Shown: positions 18,388-25,033 of the stretch, piece by piece
Position numbering within the stretch: the first letter of the stretch is position 1
Layout: every line of letters starts with the position of its first letter
Origin: Patescibacteria group bacterium
GTDB taxonomy: Bacteria > Patescibacteriota > Patescibacteriia > UBA10025 > JAHIVO01
Length of the DNA: 47,921 nt
NCBI GenBank assembly: GCA_028718605.1
Contig: JAQULM010000001.1
Span: 603,201 to 651,121, forward strand
Direction: 5' to 3'
Made by a program: the position numbers and the translations under genes
The notes under the pieces: generated by a model
Told to the model about the DNA's origin: nothing
The model's input: only the letters and a program-made list of their open reading frames with translations
Databases searched by the model: none

Positions 18388-18542
18388 CGATACCTAACCC
18401 TGTCGGTTTCCGGCAGGTATGGTACAAAATCCTACGCGACAAAGATGGTCTCCCGACCAGCACTTATTCGCGTAGGTCTATGTCCGAAAGGGCGTAGGGT
18501 GATCCCGAAAGGGGTCACTGCTGGCTCCGGAAGACCTTTTTT
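18388..18542 (+). ncRNA. Candidate structured RNA of unknown family (GC-rich, two GAAA-capped hairpins, pseudoknot potential, U-tract at 3' end)
   Basis: It is a GC-rich patch in an ORF-free stretch of the AT-rich island. The helices I could pair by hand are as follows:
- 18399-18406 with 18410-18417, extended by 18391-94 with 18421-24
- 18431-38 (CCTACGCG) with 18469-76 (CGCGTAGG)
- 18480-85 and 18490-95 around a GAAA loop
- 18498-506 and 18511-519 around a GAAA loop
- 18447-51 and 18457-62 with 18519-24 and 18532-36
The last helices are followed by T6 (18537-42). A TATTAT/TATATA -10-like box lies at 18375-83. Confidence 0.45.
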
Positions 18543-18581
18543 GTTGTGAGCTGGACAGATAACCATTAACCATAAAAATCT

Positions 18582-18836
18582 ATGTACGTGGCTTTTAGAG
18601 CGTTTAGGGGGGTACTGGTATCCATAGGGATACTACTTGCACCGTATTTTTTCTTTGAGGAGGTCTGTACCACGGTTTTTAAGATGGAGCGCGGGGATAG
18701 TCATATCTTGGCGGGCGTTATCTGGGTGGTTTATATACTGCTTCTAATAATGAAATACACGGACGAAATAGAAAGGGTAAGTCAAAAAGTCCGTAACAAA
18801 TGCCGGGAGGAATTTATCCATACTTCTGGAAAATAA
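18582..18836 (+). CDS. Small membrane protein (2 predicted TM helices)
   Basis: 84-aa ORF with hydrophobic stretches VLVSIGILLAPYFFF and ILAGVIWVVYILLLI. Confidence 0.45.
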   Translation: MYVAFRAFRGVLVSIGILLAPYFFFEEVCTTVFKMERGDSHILAGVIWVVYILLLIMKYTDEIERVSQKVRNKCREEFIHTSGK

Positions 18837-18855
18837 TTACTTTAATGCTAATTTT

Positions 18856-19083
18856 ATGGAACAAAAAAACAACCCTAAAACTACTGGATCGGTAAAAATA
18901 CCCAAGATTACCCCAGCTCCAAAAGTTAGGTGGTTACAAATGCCCCATTGGCTTGAGGTAGTTATTGTAGTATTTTGGATTTTATTTTTTCTTATACTAA
19001 TCACTCAAGCGATCCTTGGAAAAGACTTTATTATCCCTAACAAGTGGTTTTCGGGCGACTGGCTAATAGAGGAACGTCCTTAA
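18856..19083 (+). CDS. Small membrane protein (1 TM helix)
   Basis: 75-aa ORF with LEVVIVVFWILFFLILITQAIL. Confidence 0.45.
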   Translation: MEQKNNPKTTGSVKIPKITPAPKVRWLQMPHWLEVVIVVFWILFFLILITQAILGKDFIIPNKWFSGDWLIEERP

Positions 19084-19102
19084 AATCTTATAAATTATCA
19101 TT

Positions 19103-19207
19103 ATGAAAAATAATAATAGAACAAGCCGATTATTAATTCTATGGGCAAAACTGTGGCTATTATTAAAACTTAAAAAAAGAACTACACAGGCACTAAATAA
19201 AAAGTGA
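19103..19207 (+). CDS. Very small ORF (34 aa), basic with one hydrophobic stretch
   Basis: My own translation gives MKNNNRTSRLLILWAKLWLLLKLKKRTTQALNKK*. It is too short for the ORF track. It sits in the same strand series of tiny membrane ORFs. Confidence 0.25.
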   Translation: MKNNNRTSRLLILWAKLWLLLKLKKRTTQALNKK

Positions 19208-19242
19208 ATGCTTACCACTATTAATTATTAATAGAAAAACCT

Positions 19243-19488
19243 ATGGAAAAGAACCAAAAAAGCCAAAGAATACTGACTTATATTCTGTTGGCAATCAATC
19301 TGGCTTTATTGCTTTATAAGCTATCGGCACGGTGGGAAGCTAACGTTGGAATGATCATTGGGGTTGTTTTAAGCATTGTAGTTTTATTCTACTTTTATAA
19401 ATGGCTATTCAAAAAAATCAAAAAAGGATGGAGTCCAATCAATGCCGCATTAATTACTTATTTCGGGTTTTATTTACTGGCGGGCTGA
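19243..19488 (+). CDS. Small membrane protein (about 3 TM helices)
   Basis: 81-aa ORF with ILTYILLAINLALLLY, MIIGVVLSIVVLFYFY and ALITYFGFYLLAG. Confidence 0.45.
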   Translation: MEKNQKSQRILTYILLAINLALLLYKLSARWEANVGMIIGVVLSIVVLFYFYKWLFKKIKKGWSPINAALITYFGFYLLAG

Positions 19489-19554
19489 TAAGGAAATTGA
19501 CGCAACTTCCGAAAAACATTGACGAAGTTTCTGTATGCGGGATAATTAAGGTAT

Positions 19555-19986
19555 ATGGCAACTTTAAGGCAAAAAAATGCAGTCAAAAAAATCGTGGAAA
19601 ATCGTGGAATCTCCGTGAGTAAAGCTATGCGCGAAGCAGGGTATTCGGCGGCTTCTGCGAAAAATCCTAAAAACCTTACTGATAGTAAGGCTTGGCCTGA
19701 ATTAATGGACACCGCCCTCCCAGATAGCAAGCTATTAACTGTACACAAGAAATTACTCAATCATAAAGAATGGCGTGCAAATGACGCCGGCCTTGATAAG
19801 GCATATAAGTTAAAGGGGAAATATGCTGCACAGAAAGTTAAGATTGACGATATTGACGAGATTCCCGAGGAGGAGCTGGACGAAAGGCTTGCGGAGACGG
19901 AGGAAATAGCGGCCAGATACCGAAAATATGCGCTCCCGCTATTACGCGCCAGAGAGCAAAATCAAAACAGAGCGCTATGTAAGTAA
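19555..19986 (+). CDS. Phage terminase small-subunit-like HTH protein
   Basis: LRQKNAVKKIVENRGISVSKAMREAGYSAASAKNPKNLTDSKAW follows the L-x2-KQ...A...AGYS...A...N..L pattern of Terminase_2/P27-type small terminases. The tail is acidic and coiled-coil-like. Confidence 0.45.
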   Translation: MATLRQKNAVKKIVENRGISVSKAMREAGYSAASAKNPKNLTDSKAWPELMDTALPDSKLLTVHKKLLNHKEWRANDAGLDKAYKLKGKYAAQKVKIDDIDEIPEEELDERLAETEEIAARYRKYALPLLRAREQNQNRALCK

Positions 19987-19997
19987 TTATAAGCTAA

Positions 19998-20291
19998 CTA
20001 CTTCTTACTCTTCTTAAACAAGAAGTGAAGTAGAGATTGATTATCTTCTTCAACCGAGGACATCTCAACATTAATAGTTTTTTGCACATTCCTTGATTTT
20101 ATCTGCAATTTTGGTATCCTTGAAGTAAAGAAATGGCTAACCGTTCCTTGTTCATCAGACGCACTCTTGTGAGAAGCAATCAAAACCTCTGCTCCGTTGC
20201 CAAAATCAAAACTCTTCCTGATTGTTTCCCTCATTCTTTCTTCGGCCTTTGCTTTCTCCCCCGGAGTTAATTTGTTTTCCTCTTTTTTCAT
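19998..20291 (-). CDS. Hypothetical protein (97 aa), charged
   Basis: The ORF has a 4-nt overlap with the upstream 69-aa ORF. I recognise no motifs. Confidence 0.4.
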   Translation of the reverse strand: MKKEENKLTPGEKAKAEERMRETIRKSFDFGNGAEVLIASHKSASDEQGTVSHFFTSRIPKLQIKSRNVQKTINVEMSSVEEDNQSLLHFLFKKSKK

Positions 20292-20497
20292 ATTTGAGCT
20301 ATAATGGGTTGTCTATCGCTTTTTACCCCTATCCTCTGGATTTCCTTGTCTATATTATAGCAAAATAAGACCAGATTGTATTTTTCAAGGGGGAAGTTCG
20401 GGGTAATAAGTTGTTTCTCACCAAAAAACACCGTGCAAATTTTAGCACGATGTTTTTTGAAAACCGGCGTATCTCGTCTAATTGACCACGAACTCAC
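20288..20497 (-). CDS. Hypothetical protein (69 aa) at the island's right edge
   Basis: The GTG start overlaps the TGA stop of the host response regulator (GTGA). It is AT-rich like the island. The start codon is uncertain. Confidence 0.3.
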   Translation of the reverse strand: MSSWSIRRDTPVFKKHRAKICTVFFGEKQLITPNFPLEKYNLVLFCYNIDKEIQRIGVKSDRQPIIAQI

Positions 20498-20895
20498 GAG
20501 TGCGACAGAATTTCTTTTATCCGATCGAGTATTTCTTGCAGACTCGTGTCTGACTTGACGATATAATGCTTTACGCCCAGCGCTTTCGCATAATTGATCT
20601 GTTCCTGCTCATTGATATTGGACGCGACGATGACGGGAATGGTAATATTGCGCTTCATCATTTCCCGGAGCACTGCAAAGCCGTCGAGCCGCGGCATGAT
20701 CAGGTCGAGGATAATAAGATCCACCGCCCCTGCCGCAATCCTCACGAGCGCTTCCTCGCCATCTTTGGCTGATTCGACATAGTACCCGCTCTTGCTCAGC
20801 TTGTTTCGCAATGCCTCGACGAGGGACCGAACGTTCTCAACGACGAGAATTGTCTTTTTACGCGATTCCATAGCAGTTGATATATTACATAACAT
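20494..20895 (-). CDS. Receiver-only (CheY-like) response regulator
   Basis: ILVVENV...DLIILDLIMPRLDGFAVLREMMK...PVIVASN...KALGVKHYIVKS is a receiver domain. No output domain is present. Confidence 0.85.
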   Translation of the reverse strand: MLCNISTAMESRKKTILVVENVRSLVEALRNKLSKSGYYVESAKDGEEALVRIAAGAVDLIILDLIMPRLDGFAVLREMMKRNITIPVIVASNINEQEQINYAKALGVKHYIVKSDTSLQEILDRIKEILSHS

Positions 20896-21073
20896 CCCAA
20901 AAATTCAATGCCACCCCCATTGTACAGAATTACCAGCAATGCGGCAATATCATTTCCCCTACCCTTGACTTTTTTATCTATCCATGATAGTTTATTCTAC
21001 TTGCTCTTTTTCCGTAATGGCTCTTCGACAACCAATGTTTGTGTAGCATACACCGTTAACGGGGGAGGTCATC

Positions 21074-21748
21074 ATGACACTCACGATCGTACTAGCAGTA
21101 ATTTGTGGGGCGCTCGCTGTTCTCATTTTCTTTATGGGGAGGAAGCTCCTTAGGCTGGGCGCTGAAAAAAATACGCTCATGCTGCTCATCGGGTCAATCG
21201 CCAAGATCCGCGGCGGGATCAAGGCGAATTTCATGACACGCAACCTTGCCGAAGTGGACCGGGCCCAGAAACTTTTTGGACACGCGGCAGTGCTGACTTC
21301 GTCAACGATCAGTTGGGACCAGTTCCAGCAATTGCTCCTCGACACGAATCTCGTCTTTTATGTTCTCGATCTGCTGGAAAAAGTTCGCAAAGACGCGCAT
21401 CAAGGAAGCATATCATTTATTGCTTCCGAAATACGTGATGCGCTTACCGACGCAGACATATCCCCTTCTCGCGACCAGCGCATTGTCACACTTCTGACCC
21501 CTCTTCTCGCCGAGTTGGATGAGCTGGAGCGGACGGGCAACGAGGCGGAAGCCAAAAAACTCGCCGCGGAGATCGCCGCGAACCCCGAAATGTTCACAAT
21601 CCAAGACTTCCGTCGACTGGTCGCGCTCATGAAGAATGCCGGTATCACCCCGTCCACCATTGGCTTCAAGGCCAACACGCCTCCGATCGTACTCCAGATG
21701 GTCGAAACCCTATGGCAGGAAGACGCCGACGCGGCAATGAAGGCGTAA
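21074..21748 (+). CDS. Membrane-anchored hypothetical protein
   Basis: An N-terminal TM helix (LTIVLAVICGALAVLIFFM) is followed by an alpha-helical soluble region. Confidence 0.5.
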   Translation: MTLTIVLAVICGALAVLIFFMGRKLLRLGAEKNTLMLLIGSIAKIRGGIKANFMTRNLAEVDRAQKLFGHAAVLTSSTISWDQFQQLLLDTNLVFYVLDLLEKVRKDAHQGSISFIASEIRDALTDADISPSRDQRIVTLLTPLLAELDELERTGNEAEAKKLAAEIAANPEMFTIQDFRRLVALMKNAGITPSTIGFKANTPPIVLQMVETLWQEDADAAMKA

Positions 21749-21774
21749 GCAACACAAACCACACTCAAATGAAA

Positions 21775-21808
21775 AGAGCCGCATGGACACCTGTTCCATC
21801 GCGGCTCT
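21775..21808. terminator. Bidirectional hairpin between convergent genes
   Basis: AGAGCCGC-ATGGA ... TCCAT-C-GCGGCTCT forms a 13-bp stem. T/A-rich runs lie on both sides. Confidence 0.5.
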
Positions 21809-21825
21809 TACTATTTTGTATCAAA

Positions 21826-24015
21826 TTATTTATCTACCCGCGTCAGGAGGGTAAACTCCCCGCCCTGCACTGCGCTGCCGTTGCGGTCCAGGACAAACCG
21901 GTCAAAATACACGCCGGGTTCAGCGGGGGAACGGAACCTGAACTCGAACGTGCCGGTTTCTCCCGGTTTCACGCTCTGTTCTTTCAGGCGCGCTGGAGAA
22001 TAATTATTTACCCACGATATATCATGGAACCGGCTTACCGCATCGCCTAGATCGTATGCCTTTAAAACAACACTGCGGTCCCAGGTAGTTATGCCGGTGT
22101 TTTTGAATTTAATAACAACGCCCAACCGCCACACATTCATAACTGCCGCGGGGATATTGTGCTCCACGAAGGCAGCCTGCCATGGCGAATCAACGCGGGT
22201 AATCGAACGGTCCTCCTTTTGGACAACCGCCTCATCACCATGCAAACGGTAGCGGTTGTAGAATAAGCCGGGCTCGTCAGGGCTGCGAAACGTAAAGGTG
22301 AACGTTGCAAGCTTGCCGGGCTTAACCGACGCTTCGCTGAAATTAATATCACCGTACTCGCCCGGCCAGCTCGTATCACGGAACCGGCTCACGGCATCGC
22401 CTAAATCATAAATGCGTAGCTTATACGAACCGTGCTGCCATGTCTTGGTGCCGCGATTTTTAATTTTCACCGTCACCAGCTGGGTTGCATTTATAAACGT
22501 TGCCGGCTTGATCACCATGCTGTCCATAGCTGCCGCATATTCAAGGTCGGTAACGGTGGCGGTCACGGTAAACGTCGTTCCCGAGAGAACCTTCCCGTTG
22601 ATGGCGAGCGCAAACTCCTCGGTTACGTCGAGCGCATCCCGTGGCGCGGTGATGCTGAATGCAAACCGCCCGGTTTCTCCTGGCGCGACATTGGCAGTGA
22701 CCAGGGTCGGAGCGTTAGAACCACTGCCAGTGAGCTTCAAGGTTCCTGAACTCTGTGCAATCACCGTCGGCGCTGCCGGCGAATAATTGCGCCATGTTTC
22801 TGTGCCATCGTTCCGAAATTCAACCCACATCTCCTTGGTCGTACCGGCTGGCATCGTGAGCGGCTGCTCGCTCTGCCCGACAAACGTCGCCTTCACGACC
22901 GCTTGTGGCGATTTGGGAAGCGCGTCGTACTTCTCCTGCGCGGCTGTACGGATGCCCGCGAGCTTCGAATACAAATTCTTACCGGGGCAGATTGTGCAAT
23001 CAAGATCCTTGTGGCCGACAATGTTTGGGTACGTGTCCCCATGAAAAACATTTTGATCTTCGGGCCGAATGCCGAACGTCTTGCCTTTGTGCGCCGTGAG
23101 CGTCGCGATGGCCGCTTTTACCTTCGCATTGAGGGTCTGCTTTGTTTCATAATCGCCGAGTACCGCGATGCCGATCGATCCCTCATTGAAATTCACCGTG
23201 CCGTTCCCGCCGAACCGCGCCGAATTGCACGCGGCATCGCGGAACGTATGCGCGCCGATGACACCATCGCCGCCGTACCGGCCTTCGTAAATTGTGCCAT
23301 TCTGGTCAATGAGATAATTGTACCCAATATCCCCCCAGCCCAAACTGACCGCGTGCCAATAGTACACACCGCGAATCGTCGCTGCGGGATTGCTGCCTCC
23401 CGTGCCGCCCGCCGTATGGTGCACCACAAACGTGGTTGGCCACTCGTACTCGGGCGCCCACACTTCCTCGCCGTCTGAATCAAAACGCCAATCCTCATCG
23501 GCCTCCCATTCGCTCCGTGACACGACATCGAGGCCTTCTGCCGCCGCGGCGCTCTTGAAAACCGAACGAAAGAAATTACCGCCCACTGCAATTGAACCGT
23601 GCTCCGTGCCAATACATACAAACTTGATAGCTGTGATATCATCTGAGCCACCCAGCTGGTATTGAAGCTTGGTTGCTGATGCGGCGATTATCGGATCCGT
23701 CGCCATATTCCAGCCATCACGCTCAAGAGAATCCTCGGGCTTGGCGCCGAACCATCCGCCCCATGCATGGCCTGAATACAGCCGGATTGACATGTCCAAT
23801 GAGCCAGCGCCCTGCCACCCAAAACCAACGACGGTGCACGGAAAATCCATCGTTAAGATAGGGGACGTATATGCGCCGACGGGGCTGGGGTTATCGATGA
23901 CTTCACTGCTGCGAAAGGCGGGCGAAGCAGAGGCAACCCGTGTACCTAAAAAAACGATTGCCAATACAGCAACCGTGCCAAAAATAGAGAATTTCATTGT
24001 TCGAGAAACCTTCAT
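21826..24015 (-). CDS. Secreted N-acetylmuramoyl-L-alanine amidase (PGRP/Amidase_2) with C-terminal repeated beta-sandwich modules
   Basis: It has a signal peptide. The amidase core is VVHHTAGG...GWGDIGYNYLID...IGAHT...GIAVLGDY...GHKD...CPG. Three or four C-terminal repeats carry the pattern F/KNxGTxTW....YDLGDAVSRF(R/H)DxSW. Confidence 0.8.
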   Translation of the reverse strand: MKVSRTMKFSIFGTVAVLAIVFLGTRVASASPAFRSSEVIDNPSPVGAYTSPILTMDFPCTVVGFGWQGAGSLDMSIRLYSGHAWGGWFGAKPEDSLERDGWNMATDPIIAASATKLQYQLGGSDDITAIKFVCIGTEHGSIAVGGNFFRSVFKSAAAAEGLDVVSRSEWEADEDWRFDSDGEEVWAPEYEWPTTFVVHHTAGGTGGSNPAATIRGVYYWHAVSLGWGDIGYNYLIDQNGTIYEGRYGGDGVIGAHTFRDAACNSARFGGNGTVNFNEGSIGIAVLGDYETKQTLNAKVKAAIATLTAHKGKTFGIRPEDQNVFHGDTYPNIVGHKDLDCTICPGKNLYSKLAGIRTAAQEKYDALPKSPQAVVKATFVGQSEQPLTMPAGTTKEMWVEFRNDGTETWRNYSPAAPTVIAQSSGTLKLTGSGSNAPTLVTANVAPGETGRFAFSITAPRDALDVTEEFALAINGKVLSGTTFTVTATVTDLEYAAAMDSMVIKPATFINATQLVTVKIKNRGTKTWQHGSYKLRIYDLGDAVSRFRDTSWPGEYGDINFSEASVKPGKLATFTFTFRSPDEPGLFYNRYRLHGDEAVVQKEDRSITRVDSPWQAAFVEHNIPAAVMNVWRLGVVIKFKNTGITTWDRSVVLKAYDLGDAVSRFHDISWVNNYSPARLKEQSVKPGETGTFEFRFRSPAEPGVYFDRFVLDRNGSAVQGGEFTLLTRVDK

Positions 24016-24103
24016 GGCGTGCTTTTGGTATTGGTTTTTATTTTCACTCTCAATATGAATTATAGCGTATTTTAGGCATTTTGTAAATAGTAATACGTTA
24101 ACT

Positions 24104-24138
24104 AAAAGAATACGACAGACTGACTGCCGTATTCTTTT
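24104..24138 (-). terminator. Rho-independent terminator downstream of the 24162-24920 gene
   Basis: A 9-bp stem AAGAATACG/CGTATTCTT is flanked by A4/T4 runs. On the minus strand a U-run follows the hairpin. Confidence 0.5.
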
Positions 24139-24161
24139 AATAATAAACTATCTTCAAACGG

Positions 24162-24920
24162 TTAATCAAAGATAACTATCTTGTAATCGCCAGTAGTAAC
24201 GTACGTCGTAGTAATCGATCCGCCGCACAAGTGGGTGTCGGCTTTATAATAAACATAAATTGCACCGTCGGTCATGGTATAATTCGCAGACGCCCACAAG
24301 TTCTCCACGTCGAGACTCCCCGTTGCCGCATTGGTGGATATGAAGGCTCGTAATTCCATCGGGTTATCAACGCGTAATTCCGGGATTGAAATTTTTCTAT
24401 AGTGGTAGACGTACTTTTCCAATCCTTCAGGATATTCTTCTGTGCAAGTATCGCTGTAATCATTTTCTACAGTCTCATCACCGGCAGCGGTTCTATCGAG
24501 AGAACCGGAGAGTACTCTTTTTGTAGGGACATCATTGCCCCCAACTGTTAAGGTGCCCGCCACCTCCATGTCGTCATTGACGATGAACGGTTTGTCGTCA
24601 TCGAGGCCTGCGCCTGCGGTCGCGCCACGGTACACGCGGCCATCGATGCGGACGTTGTCACCGAATGTGACTGGATTATCGACACCACCAGTGCCCGTCG
24701 TGCTATTGAGAATGGTGCCGTTGAACTGCGTAACGCCGCCGGAACCCTGGCCTCCTACTTTCAGCGAGCTGACATTCATTACGCCATCAATCACAAAATA
24801 GTCTCCGGATACGCCCCCGAGGGTTGCGGTGACATTGTGAGACGTCGCTGCGTGTACGATACCTGCGGTAATGGCCGTTGAAGCGATAACCACCGCAGCT
24901 ACAATCATTGCTTTCTTCAT
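24162..24920 (-). CDS. Secreted protein of unknown function
   Basis: The signal peptide is MKKAMIVAAVVIASTAITAGIVHA. The N-terminal half is Gly/Thr/Val-rich and looks like beta-helix sequence. Confidence 0.55.
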   Translation of the reverse strand: MKKAMIVAAVVIASTAITAGIVHAATSHNVTATLGGVSGDYFVIDGVMNVSSLKVGGQGSGGVTQFNGTILNSTTGTGGVDNPVTFGDNVRIDGRVYRGATAGAGLDDDKPFIVNDDMEVAGTLTVGGNDVPTKRVLSGSLDRTAAGDETVENDYSDTCTEEYPEGLEKYVYHYRKISIPELRVDNPMELRAFISTNAATGSLDVENLWASANYTMTDGAIYVYYKADTHLCGGSITTTYVTTGDYKIVIFD

Positions 24921-24977
24921 GATATCACCCCCTTTTTGTGATATATTCTGCCACCACAGTATACCATGCGGTTATTT

Positions 24978-25007
24978 AAAAAACGAACCCCCGGGATTGC
25001 CGGGGGT
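24978..25007 (-). terminator. Rho-independent terminator downstream of the 25034-26917 gene
   Basis: A GC stem ACCCCCGG/CCGGGGGT with a 5-nt loop. On the minus strand it is followed by U6 (plus-strand A-run 24978-24983). Confidence 0.65.
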
Positions 25008-25033
25008 CCGCGTGAAATCCTGCAAATTCTTTT

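Larger units (their letters stand above)
9014..20497. mobile_element. Integrated AT-rich genomic island (serine-recombinase element carrying R-M/methylase cargo and a terminase-small-subunit-like gene)
   Basis: Composition shifts abruptly and is visibly AT-rich compared with both flanks. The left end abuts the tRNA-Ala 3' end, and the right end abuts the stop codon of a GC-rich host response regulator (20494). A recombinase and an excisionase-type HTH sit at the left end. The right boundary is approximate. Confidence 0.75.

Noticed and set aside
20290-20520. Direct repeat of the tRNA-Ala 3' end marking the right att site of the island
   Set aside because: I found no convincing duplicate of GGTTCGATTCCCCTCTGGTCCACCA near the right boundary. 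Serine recombinases need only a 2-bp crossover core, so the absence is not informative. The right boundary is therefore set by composition only.
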